The translations under genes were made by a program, and so were the position numbers. A stretch of DNA of 40,442 bases from a virus: the IMG/VR virus record IMGVR_UViG_3300031949_000092, positions 1 through 40,442 of that record, one strand, 5' to 3'. Below, one piece after another: positions 32,573 through 40,187 of the stretch. A model generated the notes under the pieces. That model did not search any database. It was given only the letters and a program-made list of their open reading frames with translations, and was not told the origin of the DNA. Position 1 is the stretch's first letter. Every line of letters begins with the position of its first letter.

Positions 32573-33232
32573 TTAAAGTATTGCGAGAAAGCCTGATTGT
32601 TCTTTATATAAAGTTAAAATTTCTGCATCTGTTAAATATCTGTTAAACACACCCAAATCATCAATTATTGCCGAAGAAGGATTGCTGCCTGCTCCATCAG
32701 CACCTATACCGAAAGTGTTTAACCCTCCTCCTGCCGTTCCTAAAGCACCAGAGGCTACTTGAGTACCGTTTATATATAAATAAACATTAGCTCCATTTCT
32801 CATCATTACCATGTGATAAAAATTAGCTGTTCCAAGAGTGATATTGTAAGTCGGTCCGCCTCCGCCTTGGTCAACAACCAAACGCCGTGTTCCAGCGTTG
32901 TAGCTGTAATATAATTGACAATATGAAGATGTGGGAAAATTGATATTAAAGAATGTATAATTTCCCGCACCTATCTCGGTTTGTAATTTAACCCAAAAAG
33001 GTACAGCCCAATTAGTCGCATTTGTAATTCCTATGGCGTCTGTTCTGGATAAATACTTATTCGGATTTGACGCACCAAAGTCAGCGCCATTAGTGTATTT
33101 AGCAGGATTAAAAGCAACAGTATTATTATTGGTTAAATTACTAGAACCCTTGTTATCCGAAACATCTTCAAGTCTATAATAATGAAGAAGATTTGCATCA
33201 CTAAATAATGATATTGTTGCAAGTTCTGCCAT
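32573..33232 (-). CDS. LamG/concanavalin-A-like lectin domain protein (receptor-binding candidate)
   Basis: The end LYINGTQVASG...IDDLGVFNRYLTDAEILTLY is the typical Laminin_G_3 ending. Confidence 0.75.
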   Translation of the reverse strand: MAELATISLFSDANLLHYYRLEDVSDNKGSSNLTNNNTVAFNPAKYTNGADFGASNPNKYLSRTDAIGITNATNWAVPFWVKLQTEIGAGNYTFFNINFPTSSYCQLYYSYNAGTRRLVVDQGGGGPTYNITLGTANFYHMVMMRNGANVYLYINGTQVASGALGTAGGGLNTFGIGADGAGSNPSSAIIDDLGVFNRYLTDAEILTLYKEQSGFLAIL

Positions 33233-33233
33233 T

Positions 33234-34175
33234 TTATGCCTCCGCTATTGCGACTACGATATTCCAAGTAGGAGTTGCCGAATTATAAATACAACCTATA
33301 TAGTGAGTTTTATTGGCTACTGTAGTTGTGGGAGCCGTGCATCCAATGGCTGTAAATCCAGTCCAAGTTAAACCTTTAGCCACTCCTGCGTCTTTAAGTC
33401 TAATTATTAGTTTTTGCCCATTAACAGGCGTTCCTGTAACTGTAAATTCCGTAGCATTAGCAATAGCAGTTAATTGATATTGGTCGGTAACATCAACATC
33501 TATTACTGCGGTTGCGTCATCCGTAGTCGTAACCACTCTCGGAGATATTCTTTTATTGGTCATCGTAACCGTTCCACTTGCAACATGAGCCTTAACCGAT
33601 TGCTGAGAGGGTACTTTGGTAGCTGAGTCTGTCGCCATATCATCCTCATCTAACATCCAAGCCGCACCTGATAATGAGGTCATGTCGTGAAGCCCGTCGG
33701 GAGTTACTGCAAGCGTTGCTGATGTCCCCGTTGTTGTCTCCGCCGTAGTTGCTAATTCAACCTTGCCTGCCGTAGTTGAATCCGCAGCCGTCACTAAATC
33801 TGTTACATCACTGTCAACTGATACAACGCCCGTATCTGCCCTAATAACCCCTGTAAGCCCCACAGGTAAGGTCACAGTCCCTGTAAAAGTAGGGGAGGCA
33901 AGAGGAGCTGCTCCCAAAGAGGTTAAGGCTGCTGCTGCACTTGTAGCGCCTGTTCCTCCTTGTGCCACCGATAAGGCGGTAGTAAGGCCAGACAACGATG
34001 TAATATCAGAGTTGGCACCCGAAGCCGCAAGACCGCTGATTAAATTAGACCTTGTAATATTTTTGGAAGTTCCATCGGCTGAGTCTGATGTGTCACTTAC
34101 ATCAACAATATAAAGTTTATCTCCAGAAGCCACCGAAGATAAACCCGTCAGAGAAGTTAGTTTGCTATCAGCCAT
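33234..34175 (-). CDS. Tail fibre protein
   Basis: The N-terminus has SKLTSL..L...DKLYIVD and LSVAQGGTGATSAAAALTSLGAAPLASPTFTGTVT, a widespread phage fibre motif. Confidence 0.8.
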   Translation of the reverse strand: MADSKLTSLTGLSSVASGDKLYIVDVSDTSDSADGTSKNITRSNLISGLAASGANSDITSLSGLTTALSVAQGGTGATSAAAALTSLGAAPLASPTFTGTVTLPVGLTGVIRADTGVVSVDSDVTDLVTAADSTTAGKVELATTAETTTGTSATLAVTPDGLHDMTSLSGAAWMLDEDDMATDSATKVPSQQSVKAHVASGTVTMTNKRISPRVVTTTDDATAVIDVDVTDQYQLTAIANATEFTVTGTPVNGQKLIIRLKDAGVAKGLTWTGFTAIGCTAPTTTVANKTHYIGCIYNSATPTWNIVVAIAEA

Positions 34176-34830
34176 AAATAAATTCCTCCTTTCTCATTCT
34201 CGGATTCATATAACTTTTAGTTTTTTTATGGCAGTCCACGCAAAGTGTCCTACCATTGTCAATAGCAAGTCGTAGTTCTGGAAATAAAGCAAAGGGTTTA
34301 ACGTGGTCAGCGTGCAAATCGGTATTACCCCTTACTCCACATTTAGTACAACTATAATTATCTCTAGTAAAAACGGCTATCCTCCACAAGAGATATTCCG
34401 TAGAAGTTCTAATTTTATGATTTAACGGAGTAATTCCACCCTTCCAAGATGGATTTTCTTTTCCACGATAATGTGGAAGTCTTCTTGCACTCCCTAATTT
34501 TTTATGTGTATTACTCATTTTTTTTCTAGTTTGTTTAGAAGATTTTTTACCATACATCGGATTTTTGTTACCCATTTTTGTTTCACTTAAATGTTTTTTA
34601 GTAATTTCGGTGTGTTTAAAACCTAATCCATTTTTGTTCCCTATAAGCTTCTTCCTTATTTTTATACGAGTTTCTGGTTTCATTGGATGTTCTTTGCCCT
34701 TCAGTGAGATAGAGTAACATTTATGACTACAAAATTTACTGTCTTTAAAGACAGGAGAAACTAAATATTTTTCTGAACAAGTTAAGCAAATTTTTTCAAC
34801 TTTAGCATAGTTCCATGGTCTATTTATCAT
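34168..34830 (-). CDS. HNH homing endonuclease with NUMOD-like repeats
   Basis: HADHVKPF...NGRTLCVDCHKKT is the HNH core. It also has repeated GKxHP/GNKNP..K motifs and the N-terminal CxxC..CSHKCY finger shared with 7809-8369. Confidence 0.8.
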   Translation of the reverse strand: MINRPWNYAKVEKICLTCSEKYLVSPVFKDSKFCSHKCYSISLKGKEHPMKPETRIKIRKKLIGNKNGLGFKHTEITKKHLSETKMGNKNPMYGKKSSKQTRKKMSNTHKKLGSARRLPHYRGKENPSWKGGITPLNHKIRTSTEYLLWRIAVFTRDNYSCTKCGVRGNTDLHADHVKPFALFPELRLAIDNGRTLCVDCHKKTKSYMNPRMRKEEFIYG

Positions 34831-34845
34831 ATATATATTTTATCA
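34831..34845 (-). promoter_or_regulatory. Extended -10 promoter fused to the HNH ATG (TGATAAAATATATAT-ATG)
   Basis: TGnTAAAAT with 6 nt to the ATG. The TG comes from the upstream TGA stop. Confidence 0.55.
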
Positions 34846-35052
34846 TGAAGAATAATTTGTCGAATTTACAGTAGATTTGGAGAAATTTACATTATTCACT
34901 TCACCACTCTCAATTATTAGTTTAGAAACCCCGTCTTCAAAGAGTAAGAAGCTACTATTATCTTCTAACAGTAAATAAAACTCATCTCCGCCAACCGATT
35001 TTTGATACCCCGTAGAGTTGGGGTTAGATTTAGAAAAGTTTGTAGAAACCAT
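34843..35052 (-). CDS. Hypothetical Ser/Asn-rich protein
   Basis: 69-aa ORF with a leaderless-type promoter at its ATG. Confidence 0.55.
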   Translation of the reverse strand: MVSTNFSKSNPNSTGYQKSVGGDEFYLLLEDNSSFLLFEDGVSKLIIESGEVNNVNFSKSTVNSTNYSS

Positions 35053-35067
35053 TAACTAATTATACAC
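35053..35067 (-). promoter_or_regulatory. -10 promoter fused to the ATG (GTGTATAATTAGTTA-ATG)
   Basis: TATAAT with an adjacent TG, 6 nt to the ATG at 35052. Confidence 0.6.
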
Positions 35068-35075
35068 GATGAAGA

Positions 35076-35423
35076 TTAACTGATTCCGAGGGATGCTCTA
35101 GCTATCTTATTCTCTGTATCCAAAGTATTTTTAAGAGCTTTTAAAGAAATTTCTGCTTCAAACGACCGCGCTGGTGGCGTCCCAGGAACTGCTGGTGCCT
35201 CACCAAGGGTGGTGGCAGCAATACTTTCTGGAGTTTGGCCTGCCATTCCACCAATTTGAGACACTTCGGTTGTAATATTAGGAGGCAAATTAGACGTTCC
35301 GGGAGCCGCCGGGCTCGTTTGCTCCAAAGCAGGTATGGACATTCCGCGCTTTTTTAAGGCCGCCGCCAAAGCTGAACCCCCACCTAATGCGTTTCCGAAG
35401 CTTCCTGAACTTTGATTCTCCAT
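35076..35423 (-). CDS. Hypothetical Gly/Ala/Pro-rich protein
   Basis: 115-aa ORF preceded by a structured leader. Confidence 0.6.
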   Translation of the reverse strand: MENQSSGSFGNALGGGSALAAALKKRGMSIPALEQTSPAAPGTSNLPPNITTEVSQIGGMAGQTPESIAATTLGEAPAVPGTPPARSFEAEISLKALKNTLDTENKIARASLGIS

Positions 35424-35478
35424 AAAAATACTCCGTCTTTTGAACGGAGTTATTTCTCCTTAATAAATTATAACACAC
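35424..35478 (-). promoter_or_regulatory. Extended -10 promoter, AAGGAG at the 5' end, terminator-like hairpin, U-run, then AUG
   Basis: Minus strand reads GTGTGTTATAAT-TTATT-AAGGAGAAATAA-CTCCGT-TCAAAAG-ACGGAG-TATTTTT-ATG. The architecture matches 39429-39481. Confidence 0.6.
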
Positions 35479-35482
35479 GAAG

Positions 35483-35653
35483 TTACTTCTTCTTGGCTAA
35501 ACTCTTGTCTTGGTATAATTCTTTTCTTACAAGGTGTTTAACAAGTTCGCTTTGCGACATTCCATTCTTTTTACAATAAGATTGCATATCCTCAAATACA
35601 TCCTGTGGAAAAGAAAAAGAAGTTATAACGTTTCTATCAATTGCTTCTGACAT
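35483..35653 (-). CDS. Ribbon-helix-helix (Arc/Mnt/CopG-type) regulator
   Basis: I chose the ATG at 35653 (MSEAIDRNVITSFSFPQDVFEDMQSYCKKNGMSQSELVKHLV...), which gives a beta-strand then two-helix RHH layout. A promoter abuts this ATG. Confidence 0.65.
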   Translation of the reverse strand: MSEAIDRNVITSFSFPQDVFEDMQSYCKKNGMSQSELVKHLVRKELYQDKSLAKKK

Positions 35654-35689
35654 TTGATTTATTATAGTTATTATAATATAATAATGCAA
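35649..35689. promoter_or_regulatory. Overlapping divergent promoters around a perfect 17-bp palindrome (operator candidate)
   Basis: Minus strand: TTGCAT (35689-35684)-N17-TATAAT (35666-35661), 7 nt to the ATG at 35653. Plus strand: TATAAT (35672-35677), 6 nt to the ATG at 35684. Palindrome TTATTATAATATAATAA at 35668-35684. Confidence 0.6.
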
Positions 35690-35998
35690 GTGAGAAAAGT
35701 AATAATTAAATTACCGACAGAAAGAGTTAATAAATTTAGACTTCAATTAACCGGAACCAAAGGAAGACGGTTCTTGCGTGCATCGTCGATTCTAAACGCT
35801 CTGTCCTACTACAAATTCAGAGAAAAAACGGCAATTACAGTAAAAGAGTACATAGATGGCTCTTATGAAAATATTAATCAAACACTAGCCTCAACAGATA
35901 AGAATTATTTGTTATTTGCTGCGGCTTGTTTTTTAGAGGATTTTTTGTCTGATGATGTAATGAATAATGTAATAAAAAGGTATGCACCAAAACCATGA
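35684..35998 (+). CDS. Hypothetical protein, first gene of the only plus-strand operon
   Basis: I chose the ATG at 35684 (the track ORF starts at a TTG at 35654). It has an ATGA overlap with the next gene. Confidence 0.6.
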   Translation: MQVRKVIIKLPTERVNKFRLQLTGTKGRRFLRASSILNALSYYKFREKTAITVKEYIDGSYENINQTLASTDKNYLLFAAACFLEDFLSDDVMNNVIKRYAPKP

Positions 35999-36270
35999 AA
36001 ACACTTAAATTCTACAAAGACATGGATAAAATGCGCGAATACAGGAAACGCAGTAAAAAGAACAACTATAAACGGGGTAATTTCATTGAAGTTCCATACA
36101 TAAGATATACCGGCGACGAGGACTGGGAACTCCTTTTCTCCGACAAAAGCGACAGGCAAATAGCGATGGAACTCAAAAGGAGCGTCGAGTCAATTCAACT
36201 GAGAAGATGGAAGATTCTATCGGGTAAAGTTAATAGCTCTTATTCATTGAAAGGAAGTGAAGCGATATGA
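35995..36270 (+). CDS. Myb/SANT-like or sigma-r4-like HTH protein
   Basis: GDEDWELLFSDKSDRQIAMELKRSVESIQLRRWKI resembles a Myb-type W..(E/D)..L...IA..L.R....(I/C)..RW repeat. It has ATGA overlaps on both sides. Confidence 0.5.
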   Translation: MKTLKFYKDMDKMREYRKRSKKNNYKRGNFIEVPYIRYTGDEDWELLFSDKSDRQIAMELKRSVESIQLRRWKILSGKVNSSYSLKGSEAI

Positions 36271-36461
36271 TTTGGTTTATTATAATTTTACTATTACTAA
36301 TAGGATGGTTATTTGGTCCGAATATTGACCAATCTGAAAGAAATCGCAGAAACAAATTGGACGAAAGGATAAAAAAAAGATTCACGGATAAAGATGCACT
36401 AAAAAGTTATGAAGAAATGCAAAAGGAAATTAATGAGCAATCATCCTGGCCGTTTTTGTAA
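36267..36461 (+). CDS. Small N-terminally anchored membrane protein
   Basis: TM segment IWFIIILLLLIGWLF followed by a charged tail. Its 3' end overlaps the convergent virion gene by 32 nt. Confidence 0.55.
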   Translation: MIWFIIILLLLIGWLFGPNIDQSERNRRNKLDERIKKRFTDKDALKSYEEMQKEINEQSSWPFL

Positions 36462-38535
36462 GTATTGAAGGTCGCATTGCTTGTGCTGCTGCTTCAAGAG
36501 GAGGACCAAAAACAGTTCCTGCAATACCTCCGGCAATAGCTCCTGGTACACCCCCCAGAATAGACCCGCCAATAAGACCACTTATTCCACCTCCTATTTT
36601 ACCAACTCTACCAGCCATAAATGCCGAATTAGCAGCTTCTTCTGTTAAATCAATCATCTGATTAATTCTTACAAATGGTAATTGTAAATGTCTAATATCG
36701 CCGAGAGTTTTAGCCTGTAGATACTCATTTGCCAATTTTGGCGAAACACTCTCTAATTCCGAAAGTATCTCTGGATTTTTGAAACCCAAAAGAATATCTT
36801 GCTCACCAGCCATTATTTCTAAAGACGACATTATTTCATCGGCAGCCGCTAAATAAGCATTACCTATACCAATATTTTTTACATTACCCGTTAAATAAGT
36901 ATTAGTCTTTAGATATTGATATCCAAGTTTCTCTAATCTTTTTGCGGTATCATAGGCATCAAGCGGATTTACTTTCATAACTTCTTTACCAGTTTTTTCC
37001 GCTCCTGCGATATTTCTTAATATTCTGCTCTTTTCGATAGGTGTAAGTTCAATAACTTCTTTAAGCATATTTTCAGCCGCCCCCGCTGCTTTTCCTACCT
37101 CAACCTCTCCCTGCAAGCTTCCAATTGCATTTCTTGTGACCTTAGTTAAAACTCCGGTATCTCCTGTAACCTTGGATGCAATATCACTCATTTCATCTAA
37201 ACTTCCCGATACACCATAATCGAGCATCTTAGCTGAAGTTTCTATCGGTCTTAAATTTCTAGCTCTTTTAGTGGGAACTATAAATGCTGAAGAAAAAGTT
37301 TTCGCTGCGATTTCGCCTCTGGTAGGTAAGATTCCACCAACCCTACTAACCGGAGCAACTTCTTCGACCTCACCCAACGCTTTCTTGGCTATTCCTATCT
37401 CCGTAATATCCTCTGCCTTTGCGGCCATCTTGGCAACGCCCGCCTCTTCACTTGTAACGCCCGCGAGTTTACCGGCCTTGAGCTTCTTCAATCCTGAAAG
37501 AAAGGGAATTACATCCAATATCGTGTTAACAGGATGCTCATACGCTTGCTCTAACGGGTGGGTAATGAGGTTTTTATACTCTTCCACTATACTTCCGAGC
37601 ATCGCTTGTCCTGTTTCCGTTCTAACGAAGTCAACTCCCGGTCCGAAAATCGAAGGTCCGATTGTAGATATTTCTTCTCCTACTTGTTGGAAAGCACTGG
37701 GTAGATTAACAACTCCCTCGACTAATCCTTGAAGGTCGTTTAGTACGTTTTCACCGAAGCCTGCGAGACTTTTTTTTTCCGCAGTTGCTTCTTCAACGGC
37801 TCGAAGTTCCTCCGGTGGGGCCGTTTCAAAACTAGGAATAGCCTCTTCCGCGACTTGCTTTTCAACGCCATTCCCTTCATCCAAATTTAATCCTGAGAGT
37901 AATTTGTCTGAAAACTCTTTAGCTTGTTCTGGTGTCTGTCCCGCCTCAATAAGACGTGTTTCTAGTTGCTTTGCTAAATTGTTCAATTTTATCTGTGCTT
38001 CAGCATCTGTGTCTCCAATATCGGGCAGGCTCTCTGCAAGCGCCGCCCTTTCCTCATCCGACAGCGCCCTCCCCGTTTGGTTTGCTATCGCTCCAGCAAG
38101 GGAAAATGAAACATTTTCTCTTAAACCCTCAAAAGCACTGATGTCAGGCTCGATAGACCTCGCAATTCCGCCGATTATCCCAGGCTTTTCCGCCTCGCCC
38201 GCCGGCACTCTTAACCTTCCCCTGAAAGGTTTGGATATATTTTTTCTTGTCTCCTCAAGGAGTTTTATGTCAGAACCCAAAGTTCTCGCTAAACTGACTT
38301 TTTCCTGCTGGGCTTCGGTACCGATACCCGACTCGATGTCTTTCAGTTTAATCTCGGCTTCTTTTCTGGCTAATACTTTTTCCGGAGCCTGGCCCGTTTG
38401 GTATTCCGCAACTAATTTAGGACTTATCGCCCCCAACTCTCCGGCCTGCACGCCCGCCTTTACCTCACCTGTTTTGGTGTTGTAAATATCAACGGTTCCG
38501 TCTGGATTGTATTTTGAAATAGGCATAGTTACCAA
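36430..38535 (-). CDS. Internal virion/ejection protein candidate (large, helical, Gly-zipper C-terminus)
   Basis: 701 aa rich in Ala, Glu, Gly and Lys. The C-terminus has IGGGISGLIGGSILGGVPGAIAGGIAG, a membrane-insertion-like segment. Confidence 0.55.
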   Translation of the reverse strand: MVTMPISKYNPDGTVDIYNTKTGEVKAGVQAGELGAISPKLVAEYQTGQAPEKVLARKEAEIKLKDIESGIGTEAQQEKVSLARTLGSDIKLLEETRKNISKPFRGRLRVPAGEAEKPGIIGGIARSIEPDISAFEGLRENVSFSLAGAIANQTGRALSDEERAALAESLPDIGDTDAEAQIKLNNLAKQLETRLIEAGQTPEQAKEFSDKLLSGLNLDEGNGVEKQVAEEAIPSFETAPPEELRAVEEATAEKKSLAGFGENVLNDLQGLVEGVVNLPSAFQQVGEEISTIGPSIFGPGVDFVRTETGQAMLGSIVEEYKNLITHPLEQAYEHPVNTILDVIPFLSGLKKLKAGKLAGVTSEEAGVAKMAAKAEDITEIGIAKKALGEVEEVAPVSRVGGILPTRGEIAAKTFSSAFIVPTKRARNLRPIETSAKMLDYGVSGSLDEMSDIASKVTGDTGVLTKVTRNAIGSLQGEVEVGKAAGAAENMLKEVIELTPIEKSRILRNIAGAEKTGKEVMKVNPLDAYDTAKRLEKLGYQYLKTNTYLTGNVKNIGIGNAYLAAADEIMSSLEIMAGEQDILLGFKNPEILSELESVSPKLANEYLQAKTLGDIRHLQLPFVRINQMIDLTEEAANSAFMAGRVGKIGGGISGLIGGSILGGVPGAIAGGIAGTVFGPPLEAAAQAMRPSILTKTARMIAH

Positions 38536-39428
38536 CCATCGTCTCCTAAAGTTCCCAACTTCCCTTTCTTTTCGGTTCTTAATAAATTCCCTGCAAAGTC
38601 AAAAATACCAATTCTATCTCCTAAATCTACAAAATCTATATTGCTAGCGGTTTGCTCAAGCTGTGCCAGTTGCGTGGCTCTGTTTAACTGCGCTACATCT
38701 AATGTGGTTTGTCTTGATAAATTTGCCAATTCTCTATCTAAATCCGAACTAATTTGCTGTTTGAACAAGTCAAACTCCTGCCCGATGTTCTGACCCAACA
38801 TTTGTGCTTCCAAACCTAGTCCAGTAAAAGCCGCTTGTGTTCTTGAACCGAATTCACTTAAAAGGTTCTGAAGACCCGCTCCGCTTGCTTCCAGTCCTCT
38901 TGTTGCCGACTCTATCGCGGGTTGCAGTCCCTTAATCTCTGCCGCTGTCCTTCCTGCAAGCTGTCCTGCCGTTACTCCTTGTCCCGATAACGCCTGCTGT
39001 ACGGCTTGTGGCAAGTCGCGGATAGTACCCGATATTCCCCTTGCTGCCGTACCTGCCGCCCCGAAAGTCTGAAAAGCCTCCGGAATGCCCATGGCTTGTC
39101 TAACGGCCTCCAGTTCTTCAGGTACTTTCTGGAGCCTTCCGGTAAATTCTCCTAGCCTTCCTCTTTCTTCCTCTTGAAAGGTTGCCGCTTTTTGTTCCTC
39201 CGGTGAAGTTCCCGGTTGGAAAAGTCTGGCTATGTTTTGCCCCTCCGTGCTTCCCGTAAAGCTCGTACCAGGTACGTCTTGAAGCTGAAAGGTTTGACCT
39301 GCCGTTAATGGAGCGTTTGTGGGCAAGCCCGTAAATTGACCATAGACTGAAGTCGTGCCGCCGTACTGCTTCATTAAGTCATCCAATGTCTTACCGGCTA
39401 AATTTTCGGGAACTTTATAATAGGCCAT
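38529..39428 (-). CDS. Internal virion protein candidate
   Basis: 299 aa rich in Gly, Gln, Ala and Thr with low complexity. It overlaps the downstream gene by 7 nt. Confidence 0.55.
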   Translation of the reverse strand: MAYYKVPENLAGKTLDDLMKQYGGTTSVYGQFTGLPTNAPLTAGQTFQLQDVPGTSFTGSTEGQNIARLFQPGTSPEEQKAATFQEEERGRLGEFTGRLQKVPEELEAVRQAMGIPEAFQTFGAAGTAARGISGTIRDLPQAVQQALSGQGVTAGQLAGRTAAEIKGLQPAIESATRGLEASGAGLQNLLSEFGSRTQAAFTGLGLEAQMLGQNIGQEFDLFKQQISSDLDRELANLSRQTTLDVAQLNRATQLAQLEQTASNIDFVDLGDRIGIFDFAGNLLRTEKKGKLGTLGDDGW

Positions 39429-39481
39429 TAAAAAATAAAACCCCAGCGGTTTGCTGGAGTAGTTTCTCCTTATTTATTATA
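39429..39481 (-). promoter_or_regulatory. TATAAT, AAGGAG at the 5' end, terminator-like hairpin, U-run, then AUG (second copy of this architecture)
   Basis: Minus strand reads TATAAT-AAAT-AAGGAGAAACTA-CTCCAGC-AAACC-GCTGGGG-TTTTATTTTTTA-ATG. Confidence 0.55.
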
Positions 39482-39486
39482 CTACA

Positions 39487-39663
39487 TCACCTTTTAGGTT
39501 TGTGTTCAGGGTACTTTTTATCTTGAATATATTTTTTGATATTCTGTGCGGTAGCTTTTACGTCATCAACCATTTTGGTATTTGCTTCCACTGTGATACC
39601 CTTCTTTTCATCCTCGGTGTCATACTGAATAGCCGCGCCTTCATAAATTCTTATTCTTTTCAT
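39487..39663 (-). CDS. 58-aa hypothetical protein (start revised)
   Basis: The ATG at 39663 forms an ATGA overlap with the upstream stop and is preceded by AAGGGGGG. The track ORF start at 39705 lies inside the upstream gene. Confidence 0.55.
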   Translation of the reverse strand: MKRIRIYEGAAIQYDTEDEKKGITVEANTKMVDDVKATAQNIKKYIQDKKYPEHKPKR

Positions 39664-40187
39664 GCATCCCCCCTTGATATAATTGCTCTGGATTGAACAA
39701 TCCAAACAACAGTCTCTGCTCCACCTGAGCTATTTTTTACTGCGGTTTTATAAACTGTATTATTTCCGTCTGTTGCAAAATGAATTTCACTACCGCTACT
39801 TACATAAAATCTTTTACCTCCAACTTTATATTGAGGCATTGCCATAGGGCCATAAACCTCAAAATCACCGGTTGTCGTCCTCCAAGGAATTTGATTATTT
39901 TGCGGGTCAATTGCCGATAGGCTGTCCGCATCAAAAAAAGCAATCATAAAGGGACAAAGACCTATTCTTATCAAAGGGTCAATCGTGGAGGTGCTTTTTG
40001 TAGTTAAAGTCGTTGTAACACCATCATTAAAACTAAAAGTTCCATTGGTTGTATTTGAATTTTTAAGAAAATCCTGTGGAAGCTGTCTTGGCTTAACCGA
40101 GGTGGGTAAAATATCCCGCCTGCCGACTCTCGCTTTAAACTGAGTAGCCGAAACTCCTGCCGGCGGGATGTCATTAAAACCGTTCAT
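39660..40187 (-). CDS. Virion structural protein, hypothetical
   Basis: 175-aa ORF with an ATGA overlap with the wrap-around gene. Confidence 0.65.
   Translation of the reverse strand: MNGFNDIPPAGVSATQFKARVGRRDILPTSVKPRQLPQDFLKNSNTTNGTFSFNDGVTTTLTTKSTSTIDPLIRIGLCPFMIAFFDADSLSAIDPQNNQIPWRTTTGDFEVYGPMAMPQYKVGGKRFYVSSGSEIHFATDGNNTVYKTAVKNSSGGAETVVWIVQSRAIISRGDA

Noticed and set aside
35905-36159. Minus-strand 84-aa ORF inside the plus-strand cassette
   Set aside because: It is antisense to two plus-strand genes that are linked by ATGA coupling and have sensible sequences. Its product is Phe/Val-rich and low-complexity, and it has no start context.
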